A stretch of 64,000 bases of DNA from a virus. Taxonomy: Duplodnaviria > Caudoviricetes. A program made the position numbers and the translations under genes. Positions within the stretch are counted from its first letter, which is position 1. The number at the start of each line of letters is the position of its first letter. Shown here one piece after another: positions 15,415 through 24,721 of the stretch. The notes under the pieces were generated by a model, which was not told the origin of the DNA, made no database searches, and saw only the letters and a program-made list of their open reading frames with translations. The stretch lies in the IMG/VR virus record IMGVR_UViG_3300025018_000093; one strand, written 5' to 3'.

Positions 15415-17334
15415 ATGTCGACAAAGCAATTCGAGAGAAGCACTGCGGATGTTCCTCTTTCACGTTCTCGACGTTTCGGAAACTCCTTTTCCGCCGACGT
15501 GTACGCGGACCTTCGTTTCAGTCCCCAGTATGATCGGACCTTTGAGGCTCAGGAGGGGCTTCCGATTGACGGGTCGAACAAGCTCTTGCGGCAGCTTTCT
15601 CCGTTCACTATCAGTCTGCTTCCTCCCCTTGCACTGAGCAATGTCCCAGAGCAGACGTCTCTGGTGGACTCGATTCGGCAGAAGCTTGATGTGCTGGCGT
15701 TGGACGCAACGAATGTGTTCAATCTGTTTCTCGATAGCATCGCGGTCCCTCAGGTGGGTACCGTGCAGGACACAGGGGTCATCGAGAATAGTGACCTGAC
15801 GCCGCATTTTACGTTCTCCGAGTTCCTGAAGAACCCGATTGAATCTGGCAGAGAAGAGGAAATCCTCGCCAACATTCGCACTCTCGCAGGGGAGTTGGAG
15901 AAGGCCAAGCTTGCTTTCGAAGCCATCCGGGGAGGACCTGTATCCATTCAAATCATCTCTGGGTATCGTTCCCCAGACTACAATGCCAAGATTAGTGGTG
16001 CACAGGACAGCTATCACATGCGGGGTATGGCTGCCGATATCATCGTTTCGGGGCTCTCCCCTGTAGAGATGGCAGCTACCCTGAATGAGTTGATGGATAG
16101 TGGGTCGATTCTCCAGGGAGGATTAGGGTACTATCCGGATCCCAGTGATGGTTTCGTACACTATGACGTGCGTGGAAACAGATCGCGGTGGCAGGATAAA
16201 GAGATCGATGAGGGTACCGAGATTAAGACCATTGCAGAGGCTATGGGGATGCTTCCCCAAGGCCCTTTGCCATCGGAACAAGCACGACTGTCCGAGGAGG
16301 CAGGGTACTCGTCACCCTTGCAGCGACGTACTGTCCCTGCAGCCCCACCCCCAAGCATCCCTCTGTTTGATGGGGCCACCTCGGTGAACACCTGGCAAGA
16401 GGCCAAGGATGGCGCTACAAGGGCGTCTCTGAACCTCATGGGATCGGATGTAGGCGGGTCTGGGAGTAATCGCACCAAGGCAGAGGTGTTCATTGCCGGG
16501 GGTCTTGCGCAGACGAATGAGCACGGTGCATTCCTTGAGCCGGGTATTGCAGACCGACTGGTGGCTGTGGACATTGCGTCGCAGCTCGATACCATCTTGA
16601 AGGTCCCACCGCTGACGCTTCTGATTAATCCTTCCACCTTCTCCTTGCAGTACACCCGAATCCACCAATTCAGTCAGCGCACCCGAAACGGATTTCTGTA
16701 CCAGGCCTGGGGGGAAGAGCAACCGACGCTGACCTTCTCTGGGACTATTGGAGCTTTCCTCGCTGGGGCGAATCCGGGGTCTACAGGTCCGACTACGTCC
16801 ACACCGACAGGTGTGCAGTTCGCGTCCAAGAGAAACTCCGCTGCGTATCAGAACCTGATGGCGCTACTCGGGTTCTACAAGCATGCGGGGTACATCTACG
16901 ATACGGTGTACAAGACCAACGCTCACCATATGGTTGGAGCCCTGGCTATCGAGTATGATCAGTGGGTGTACGTAGGGCACATGAACAGCTTCAACTGGGG
17001 CTACGACCAAGATTCTGTGCAAGGGAAGATTGCCTTTGACATCGAGTTCAAGGTGTCCCAGATGTTCGACAACCATATGCCAATCGAGAGTATCCCTCCG
17101 CTCCGGTCTATCACAGACAGCCTGAGTTCTCCTGGGAATGTCATTGGGGGTGTTGTTCCGTTGGTGAATACTACCTCGACAAGTCAGCTTTTTGAGGAAG
17201 AGACCACGAAAACGCTTACCGGGGACGCCTGGGCGGGAACGTCGGATGCTCGGGGTGGGGGTGGGGCGGAAGTTCCTACGGGGTCCGGGGGGTGGGAACG
17301 TACGTCCTTTGTGGGTGACTTGGCTAGCCCTTAG
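15415..17334 (+). CDS. Tube-initiator-like baseplate protein with an inserted Peptidase M15 (Zn D-Ala-D-Ala peptidase fold) domain
   Basis: M15 motifs 'SGYRSPDYN...SYHMRGMAADI...GGLGYY...FVHYDVRG' at about 15799-16191. C-terminal 'LLINPSTFSLQYTRI..QRTRNGFLYQAWGEEQPTLTFSG' is paralogous to the preceding gene. Confidence 0.8.
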   Translation: MSTKQFERSTADVPLSRSRRFGNSFSADVYADLRFSPQYDRTFEAQEGLPIDGSNKLLRQLSPFTISLLPPLALSNVPEQTSLVDSIRQKLDVLALDATNVFNLFLDSIAVPQVGTVQDTGVIENSDLTPHFTFSEFLKNPIESGREEEILANIRTLAGELEKAKLAFEAIRGGPVSIQIISGYRSPDYNAKISGAQDSYHMRGMAADIIVSGLSPVEMAATLNELMDSGSILQGGLGYYPDPSDGFVHYDVRGNRSRWQDKEIDEGTEIKTIAEAMGMLPQGPLPSEQARLSEEAGYSSPLQRRTVPAAPPPSIPLFDGATSVNTWQEAKDGATRASLNLMGSDVGGSGSNRTKAEVFIAGGLAQTNEHGAFLEPGIADRLVAVDIASQLDTILKVPPLTLLINPSTFSLQYTRIHQFSQRTRNGFLYQAWGEEQPTLTFSGTIGAFLAGANPGSTGPTTSTPTGVQFASKRNSAAYQNLMALLGFYKHAGYIYDTVYKTNAHHMVGALAIEYDQWVYVGHMNSFNWGYDQDSVQGKIAFDIEFKVSQMFDNHMPIESIPPLRSITDSLSSPGNVIGGVVPLVNTTSTSQLFEEETTKTLTGDAWAGTSDARGGGGAEVPTGSGGWERTSFVGDLASP

Positions 17335-17372
17335 GGCGGAAGTTGCGCCAACAGAACTGAGTGGAGTGTTAG

Positions 17373-20300
17373 ATGGGCCTTGAGCACCGACCTTACATAG
17401 GAACCTGGCGGTTCAACAATCGTTCCCTGGTGCAGCACACCCCTGATGCCATTGTGTTCTTTAACGGTGACACGTCGCTTCCAGGTTGCCCCTCGTGCGG
17501 GGGGAAGATTGATCTACAGCCCTACATCACGCAGGTCAGCGTGGACTCCGCTACGGATCCCGCAGGGGCCTCCGCTCAAGTTAGCTTGGCTGTCCCGCTG
17601 CACGTGAAGGACCAATTCCATCGGAATGCACAGTTTCTGCTGCGTCCCGGGTTGGAAGTGCATGTGTACATGCGGGGCTACTTTCCGATACAGGGGCAGT
17701 ATCGAAATGTCCTGCCAGAAGAGACAGGTGGAATCGATGTTGGAGACATCGTCACCTACCCCTACTACCCTACCTTTCACGGGGTCGTGACGCAGGTGGA
17801 TCATGCGTACAGCGGGGGGTTCCAGGACATCACGTTGGGCTGCGCAAGTTTGTTGAACTTCTGGCAGTATCACAACATGTCCACGAACGCTTCAGCCTTT
17901 GGGGCACGCCCGAGCAACTCCAAGTTGAAGCAGTCTCTGGTGGGGAACAATTTCACTGGGATGACGCCATTCAGCATCATCTACAAGCTGTTTCACGATA
18001 CCGCAGGAGCTGCCGGACAAGTGGCATTCGCTCTGAGTGACAAGACCAACGTGGCGGCCAAGTCCACGGTTGGCGGGGACTCTTTGTTCTCGCTCAACAT
18101 CCGATATTGGGAAGAGCGGTTCAAGACACGGATGGTCAGTCTTCGGATGCATGGGGCGAGCGGGCAACTTTTCAACACCGCCCAGGCTGCCTTCTTGGGG
18201 CGTCTCTCCGGAGACGAGGTGCGAAGTCTGCTCAATGACCAGTGGAAGTTCAAGACGGGAGCCGCTCCCGCTTCCGACTTGTTCTCTGCAGCTCGGACTC
18301 TCAACTTTCTTCGCGAAACAGATGATCCCGTGACGGGAGAACGGGTCGTCATGGGTGCCGATGTCATCAATGCGGAGCAACAGCAGGCGGGTACCAGTTC
18401 TCCCAAGGGAGGCGGAGTCCCGGGCATGGAGATTAACGTGGCCTCCATGCAAGCCTTCGTGAGTGACATTGGGGAGTGGGGTCAGGTTAACCTCTTTGAG
18501 TCCACTTACGAGACGAAGCTCGACATTGTCAACAAGGTCCTGGAGGTGACAGGGTGGGAGTTCTACCAGGATGTGGATGGGGACTTCGTGTTCAAGCCCC
18601 CGCTCTACAATTTGGACACTCGTGCCAGTCGCATCTACACGATCAAGGACATTGACATCATCTCTCTGAACTTCAGTGAGAAGGAGCCGGACGTCACTTT
18701 TGTCACTTGCAATGGAAGTCAGTTCAAGAATCTGAAGGGAACAGGTCTGGAGGGAGAGTGGGGTGTTCGTGGGCAGTACATCGATTATCGACTTGTCGCA
18801 CAGTTTGGGTGGCGTCCTGGGAGCTTTGAGACCAGTTACTACAGTAATCCCAGAGCGATGTTCTTCGCTGCGGTAGCGCGCCTCGATGTGATGAACATCG
18901 GGGTGAACTCTGCTTCCTGTGCGATACCCCTACGCCCCGAGTTGCGCCCCGGATACCCAGTCTACATTGAATGCCTGGATGCCTTCTACTACTTGCCTTC
19001 CTTCAACCATGCGATGGCGTACGGCGGGCAGTGTACAACGAATCTCACTCTCACGGGGAAACGTGCTGCTTTCTTTGCTCCTGGCGTGTCTTCACGGTCG
19101 GACTCCCAGGGATCTGGTGTGGATGTTCAGACTTGGCCAAAGGGAACTCATGGGATCGCTTCTATTGATCTAGCCCAAACAAATCTTCCTCGCAGACCGC
19201 TTCGTGTCCTGGACAGTGATGGGATGCCGAAAATAATGGGGTTCCCCAACGTTGTCATGGCATTGGATCCTGAGCATGTGAATCCTTTGTTCTTCGTTGC
19301 GGGTTTCGACTTGGAATCCGTCGACAACCCCAAAGTCCTCCGCAATGTGATCACAGCGGCAGAGAGCTACAACCTTGTGAGCCGCACTATCTCTTCTAGT
19401 GGGGTAGAGGAGATCCGTTTCGAGGTGGACAAATGGCAGACCTCGAAGTTGGATCCTGAGGGGAAGCAGGCGAACCAGTCGGAGACGGGTGGCTTCGTGA
19501 CTTCCATTCGAGAGAACCGGGTATTCACCTTCGAGGAGCTGGTGGCGGTCAGCACCAAGTATGCGCGATTGTCCACGGAGCCCTCAAAGAAGCTGGAGAC
19601 GGATATCGAGAAGAGAAATCAGAAGTCTGAGTCCCTTCTGTCAAAGAGATCCCAGCTTTTCGAGCTTGAGAAGCAACGGGAAACAGAAGCTGAAAACAAG
19701 AAACTAGAAAGTCAGATTGCAACGCTCAATACGGAGATCAAGCAGCTAACTGCAGACATTGCGGCACTGTCTGCGGGTATCGGTTCGGAGCAAGAGATTC
19801 TGGAGCGGTCTTTGTTACAGGATCCCGACGTCCTCTACCTGCGGGACTTGCTCACAATGGTGGTGGAGCGATACCAAAAAAAAACGGGGGACTTCGGCAA
19901 ACCTTCCGAGACAGCCGGCTTGCTGGATCTCCTGAGCGACAAGAAAGCGATATTCAGCAATGGGCAGCAACCTGGGTTCTACAGGTACTACTCTTCCGCG
20001 CACCCCTTGGAGAACATGCAAGGGCAACTGAAGCTCAACACCACAGCAGGGGAGGGTGGCTCCGCTGGGGAAGCGGGCGGGGACATTCCTGGTGGGCGCA
20101 AGGTGGTTCAATTTGTGGAGCCCACAAGACCAGGACCAGATGGGGCTCTTCCCGAAGCGGAGCTTGGTGTTGCGCTTGTGCGGAAGGGGTTGAATATTCT
20201 TCGACCTTACGCGGAGGAAGTGCTTTCCACAGACCAGATTCAAACCCTCTCTTTTGTGGCACATCATCTGGACAGTGAGGTCGAACAAACGACCTACGAG

Positions 20301-21701
20301 TATGACGACTACTTCTCAGGGTTGGACCAGGATCACAAAGAGGCAATCTCTGGGGCTTTTCGCAATGCCATCAGCAGCTATACCCCTGGGGATACCCTTG
20401 AGGAAACGTTCAAGTCCACATGGGATTCCTTCACCCAGAACTGGGATGGACCCTCTTTCCCCGAGTTCATTTGGTATGCGGATGTGCGTTACGACACGGC
20501 AACAACGACCAATACGGAGATCCCCCCGAACTCCAACCCTGCGGCTGCGATCAGTACTCTTCGCACTATCTTTGAGACGGAGCTGTTTTCGCTGACGGGG
20601 GCGAATCTATGGGCACGTTGGGTCGCTGCCACGTCACCCCAGGATGACAAAGTCCGAGATGCTGCCGTGAAGGATTTCGGGAATGTTCTCAAGCTCGCAG
20701 CAAAAGGAAAGTTTACGATGCGGTTGGGGACGCGAACGAAGAAGAAGACTCAGTTCCAGACGGACTTCTATTCCCCTGTGTTTCCCGTGTCCGATGAGGG
20801 TGGGTATGAAGTGGTGGGGGCGTACAGATACGGTCGTGGGTTGCAGATTATGCCCAATGCTACCCTGGAGCAGCTTAGCTTTGTGGACCCACTCCAGTTC
20901 GCCACTCCGCAAGCAGTGGAGGATTACTTGGAGACGCTTCAAGGGAGAACACCCAAAAGCATTGGACTTACCACTGCAGATCGATCTAGCACGGATGAGT
21001 TACCCCCTGCATACTACGTGCAACGAGAGGCGGAACGTCGTCTCATCCAGGCTATCCGGGATAACCCCGAAACGCCGGAAGGTCTTCTCTCGGAGATTGG
21101 GGGCGCTTCCGATGGAGCGCAGTTTGAAGATCCTAACTTGACAGGTGTCAAGATGGGGAACTGGATCACACGTCACAATGAGGGGATCTTCAAGCTGCCC
21201 GTTGCGAATGCGGCGTATGCTCTGGGAGACTTGCAGGTCCACACGGATATGAAAGCTTGTGCCTGTCGGTCTACCCAAGCGGATGTGGTGCTCGAAGCCT
21301 TCACCACCGAGAAGTTCGTGCGTGTGCTTCCCCCGAACGTGGATATGATCACACAATTCTCTGCGGACTTGATGTTAGAACAGGCGAAACCTTGGCAGCG
21401 ATTCCGGGAAGCGATCACAACTGCACCTACGTCTACGGGACGGGGGCAGGCCTCCATGGACACACCTCTGAATCACGGGGTTGGCAGCCAGAATGCCCTG
21501 GAAACGGCTCTTCGTCTTGCTCAGGAGACAAACGCACGGAGTGTCCAAGTTGCCTCGGGTGGTACTCTTACACCCGCTGAGATAGCCACGGCTGCCGGAG
21601 CGACGGCCGGCGCAACGGCGATAGAAGCGGTCACGGAGGAGGACTTGCCGGAAGGGACGGAATTGGACGGGGGTGGGCGTGAAGGGACCGTGTACGAATA
21701 G
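17373..21701 (+). CDS. Baseplate hub-like protein (1442 aa)
   Basis: Lies before the spike. Hub-like 'ETKLDIVNKVLEVTGWEFYQDVDGDFVFKPPLYN' and 'IPLRPELRPGYPVYI'. Contains an internal coiled coil. Confidence 0.65.
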   Translation: MGLEHRPYIGTWRFNNRSLVQHTPDAIVFFNGDTSLPGCPSCGGKIDLQPYITQVSVDSATDPAGASAQVSLAVPLHVKDQFHRNAQFLLRPGLEVHVYMRGYFPIQGQYRNVLPEETGGIDVGDIVTYPYYPTFHGVVTQVDHAYSGGFQDITLGCASLLNFWQYHNMSTNASAFGARPSNSKLKQSLVGNNFTGMTPFSIIYKLFHDTAGAAGQVAFALSDKTNVAAKSTVGGDSLFSLNIRYWEERFKTRMVSLRMHGASGQLFNTAQAAFLGRLSGDEVRSLLNDQWKFKTGAAPASDLFSAARTLNFLRETDDPVTGERVVMGADVINAEQQQAGTSSPKGGGVPGMEINVASMQAFVSDIGEWGQVNLFESTYETKLDIVNKVLEVTGWEFYQDVDGDFVFKPPLYNLDTRASRIYTIKDIDIISLNFSEKEPDVTFVTCNGSQFKNLKGTGLEGEWGVRGQYIDYRLVAQFGWRPGSFETSYYSNPRAMFFAAVARLDVMNIGVNSASCAIPLRPELRPGYPVYIECLDAFYYLPSFNHAMAYGGQCTTNLTLTGKRAAFFAPGVSSRSDSQGSGVDVQTWPKGTHGIASIDLAQTNLPRRPLRVLDSDGMPKIMGFPNVVMALDPEHVNPLFFVAGFDLESVDNPKVLRNVITAAESYNLVSRTISSSGVEEIRFEVDKWQTSKLDPEGKQANQSETGGFVTSIRENRVFTFEELVAVSTKYARLSTEPSKKLETDIEKRNQKSESLLSKRSQLFELEKQRETEAENKKLESQIATLNTEIKQLTADIAALSAGIGSEQEILERSLLQDPDVLYLRDLLTMVVERYQKKTGDFGKPSETAGLLDLLSDKKAIFSNGQQPGFYRYYSSAHPLENMQGQLKLNTTAGEGGSAGEAGGDIPGGRKVVQFVEPTRPGPDGALPEAELGVALVRKGLNILRPYAEEVLSTDQIQTLSFVAHHLDSEVEQTTYEYDDYFSGLDQDHKEAISGAFRNAISSYTPGDTLEETFKSTWDSFTQNWDGPSFPEFIWYADVRYDTATTTNTEIPPNSNPAAAISTLRTIFETELFSLTGANLWARWVAATSPQDDKVRDAAVKDFGNVLKLAAKGKFTMRLGTRTKKKTQFQTDFYSPVFPVSDEGGYEVVGAYRYGRGLQIMPNATLEQLSFVDPLQFATPQAVEDYLETLQGRTPKSIGLTTADRSSTDELPPAYYVQREAERRLIQAIRDNPETPEGLLSEIGGASDGAQFEDPNLTGVKMGNWITRHNEGIFKLPVANAAYALGDLQVHTDMKACACRSTQADVVLEAFTTEKFVRVLPPNVDMITQFSADLMLEQAKPWQRFREAITTAPTSTGRGQASMDTPLNHGVGSQNALETALRLAQETNARSVQVASGGTLTPAEIATAAGATAGATAIEAVTEEDLPEGTELDGGGREGTVYE

Positions 21702-21716
21702 CACGAGGGGTATGCG

Positions 21717-24140
21717 ATGGACCGCATAAGCAAAGGTGATATCAAGTCAGACCTGAACTCGAAGCTCCAGTCGAAGAAGCAACGCACGAGTAGCGGTGCT
21801 TCCAGAAACTACCTCGGTGTTGCTCGGGTGATGACGATTAACTATGAGGAGCACACGGTCACCCTTGCTGTGGTTCTGGGAGAGGACCAGGAGTTCCAGC
21901 GTCAACCCATCGCGATGACCTACCCCGGAGCTGGTGCAAGACATTTCTTTGGGGCGATGCCAGAGGAAGGTGACCACTGCATCATTGGGCATCTGTCGCA
22001 GGAGTCGGATGGACGCACAAGCACGCCTGTCATCCTAGGGTGGATCATCCCAGGTACTTGGATGGGGCATGATTGGCTGACGACACAGCCTTTCGCCCCG
22101 GAAGAGTACAGCATGGACACGAAAGATTCGTTCTTCGTGGCAGGTGCCTTCCAGAGAACCCGTCACAAGCTGCGTCACATGGACCCTGGGAACATCCTGT
22201 GTTCCAGCTCCCAGGGGTCAGACCTTGTCCTCTCGGAGGATGTGCTGCTATCTAACCGCAGGGGGAACGAGATACGTCTTCGGGACCCGGACCAGGCTAT
22301 GGTGGTGCGGGCACTTCAACAGTTCACTGCGTTGGCCGGGACACGTACCTACAGTGGAATGGTCCAGCGGGATGCCACCTTTCTCCCCACTTCGATGTTC
22401 TGTGATGGCACCCCCTGGGATGGCAACCAGCAGATCAATGTCGAAGAGAACCGACCTTGGACGGATGCTGAGCTGCGTGCCCTCGGCACCGGAAAGGTCT
22501 CCGTTGGGGACTTGAACCCCAACCCTGTGTTTGATCGTCGCAATGCGGATGGGTCTCTGGGTACGCTTGCCTCTGGGATGTTCTTCGAGAACAACGTGGA
22601 CCCTAATGAGTTCCTGCAACAGGGTGGGTTCATAACGTCCCAGGGGAAGACACTGGATGGACGGGAGAAGAGCAATGCGGTGTATGGAGGCAAGTCCTTC
22701 TTTCGCGTCTCTGCCTCCCAGGTCAATGATGGGCGTCCTGCGAATGCGGTTCTGGGAGTGGGAGACCAAAGCCATTCCTACACAGAGCATCGACTTGAGG
22801 TTGCCCACACTTCTGATGGGAGACTTCCGGTTACGGATCAGACAGACGGATTCGATGCAGAACGTCTCCCCCGCACCCCTCTCACGGGGGAGGATGGTTT
22901 GGGGAGGTCTTCTTCAGCTCCCTTCATCGAGTGCGTGTATGGAACTGTGGTGGGGAATGACCCCTTCAGTAAGGCTGGGAGGCAGGTCTACGGGATACCC
23001 CTCAAGCCTGTTATCTTCGAGGACTCCACCCCCGGTAAGGGACCCTCTCCGACATTGGAACCCGCAACGCATGCGGAGCTGGGAGACCAAGCGGCGATGC
23101 TGTTCCGCATGTTTCCGCCTCTAGCAGAACAACCGGGTTCCCCCACATTCTGGTCCGTGACCAAGGACGGGCGTTTCAAGGCGTCCATCGGAGGACCGCA
23201 GAATGTGGACTTCTCTGCAGAGATCGCGCTGCGCTCCGGGTTGCGTGTCAACACTGCAGGTGTGCTGCGGCTGGAAGCAGAGGGTGGCCTGGAGCTGAAC
23301 ATTGCCAATGGAGATGCCAAGAGCAATATGGGGCTCAATCTGTCTTCTGACAAGGGGGCAGTTCGAGTCTATGGCGGTGGGAAGACGACGCAGGGGACGG
23401 TGGCTTCTCAGACAGCACCCGCAGGGGCGGGTGAGTCCAACCTACCCAGTTTGATCTTGGAAGGAAAGGACAACGTCCTGATCAAGTCTGGGCGACAGGT
23501 CATGGTTAACACGACAGACATGGCCGTGCGGGCTACCGGCTTGTCTTTCAGTGCTTTGTCTGGGATCGGGATGGAAGCGGGTGACCGCATTGGGTTGAAC
23601 TCGAAGACCTACGACCAGATCACCAATGGGAAAGCCACCTATAACTTCCACGGGTACAAGGACAACCTCCCGACCAACGGTGCTTTCCGCAGCACGACGT
23701 TCACCGGAATCAGTATTGGGAACGTGGACGAGTACCTGGTGGTGCAGGGAGACCGAACGGAAGACTTCCTGCTCGGCAATCACACCACCACAGTCCAGGT
23801 CGGCAACCTCACGTACGAGACGAATGCGGGAACCTGGAAAGCCCGAGCTGGGGCAAATGAGCTGTCTGTGGACGTCGCTTCGGGGATCTCGGGTCAGGTG
23901 TCTCTTGGAAACATCACCCTTGACGCTATCGCAGGGGCCGTTACCATTTCTGGTCAAGTGTCCCTCACAGCAAAGAGCACGGGTCCAGCTGTACTAAGCG
24001 GTGCCACTGGAGTAACCTTGGGAGGTCCTGGCAAGAGCGGGGCAATTGTCTGTGGCATGGACTTGGATCCTCTGACGGGTGCCCCCCTCTCCACGTATGG
24101 GATGGGGAGTCCAGGGCATCTACTCGGACCCTCAGTGTGA
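21717..24140 (+). CDS. Baseplate central spike (gp5/gpV/VgrG-like)
   Basis: N-terminal OB-fold-like 'GVARVMTINYEEHTVTL...FFGAMPEEGDHCIIG' and a C-terminal Gly/Ser/Thr/Val beta-repeat region. Confidence 0.7.
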   Translation: MDRISKGDIKSDLNSKLQSKKQRTSSGASRNYLGVARVMTINYEEHTVTLAVVLGEDQEFQRQPIAMTYPGAGARHFFGAMPEEGDHCIIGHLSQESDGRTSTPVILGWIIPGTWMGHDWLTTQPFAPEEYSMDTKDSFFVAGAFQRTRHKLRHMDPGNILCSSSQGSDLVLSEDVLLSNRRGNEIRLRDPDQAMVVRALQQFTALAGTRTYSGMVQRDATFLPTSMFCDGTPWDGNQQINVEENRPWTDAELRALGTGKVSVGDLNPNPVFDRRNADGSLGTLASGMFFENNVDPNEFLQQGGFITSQGKTLDGREKSNAVYGGKSFFRVSASQVNDGRPANAVLGVGDQSHSYTEHRLEVAHTSDGRLPVTDQTDGFDAERLPRTPLTGEDGLGRSSSAPFIECVYGTVVGNDPFSKAGRQVYGIPLKPVIFEDSTPGKGPSPTLEPATHAELGDQAAMLFRMFPPLAEQPGSPTFWSVTKDGRFKASIGGPQNVDFSAEIALRSGLRVNTAGVLRLEAEGGLELNIANGDAKSNMGLNLSSDKGAVRVYGGGKTTQGTVASQTAPAGAGESNLPSLILEGKDNVLIKSGRQVMVNTTDMAVRATGLSFSALSGIGMEAGDRIGLNSKTYDQITNGKATYNFHGYKDNLPTNGAFRSTTFTGISIGNVDEYLVVQGDRTEDFLLGNHTTTVQVGNLTYETNAGTWKARAGANELSVDVASGISGQVSLGNITLDAIAGAVTISGQVSLTAKSTGPAVLSGATGVTLGGPGKSGAIVCGMDLDPLTGAPLSTYGMGSPGHLLGPSV

Positions 24141-24148
24141 GGTAGAAT

Positions 24149-24712
24149 GTGGCTCTCACGTCAGCAGCCGTCACCGCAGCTATTCTGGCTGCTGCGCCAG
24201 AGATGGCGGGACCAACAGGGTCTATTCTAGCCCAGGCCGTGGGTGCTGCGGTGGTCCCCTGGGCTAACCTTGTCGCAAACTTGGCGTTGACAGGGGTCAC
24301 CTCTGGGACTCTAGGTGCAGGCACTGTCCTGGGGACTCTTCTGGTGCCTTCGAATGTGGCGGTAGTTTCCGGGGGATTGTCTGCGGCGGGGGTCTTGGGA
24401 CCAACGGCTCCCATCTTGGCCAAAGCTATCGCCATTGGCATTTCTACGTCCTTTTCGACGGCGCAGTACACTGGACCCTCTATCGGAGTGGGTATGGGGA
24501 TTGACAACTCCCTTGTAGCGCTGGCGAATGCCTCTACTCTGATCTCTCTTCTGTCTGCGGGACTTCTCGGTGCTTCAGGTCCGTCTGTTTGCACTGGTAT
24601 TGGTAATGGCATCGCCAGTCTCCTACTTCTGGCGACAGGAGTTGGAGTCGTGACGGGAGCCCCCTCAACTGTGTCTGGTGTTGGTACCAGTGGCCCAAGC
24701 ACTGTTTTCTAG
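24149..24712 (+). CDS. Ala/Gly-rich hydrophobic protein following the spike
   Basis: 187-aa ORF filling the gap between the spike and the giant gene. Almost no charged residues. Confidence 0.65.
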   Translation: MALTSAAVTAAILAAAPEMAGPTGSILAQAVGAAVVPWANLVANLALTGVTSGTLGAGTVLGTLLVPSNVAVVSGGLSAAGVLGPTAPILAKAIAIGISTSFSTAQYTGPSIGVGMGIDNSLVALANASTLISLLSAGLLGASGPSVCTGIGNGIASLLLLATGVGVVTGAPSTVSGVGTSGPSTVF

Positions 24713-24721
24713 GTTGCACTG

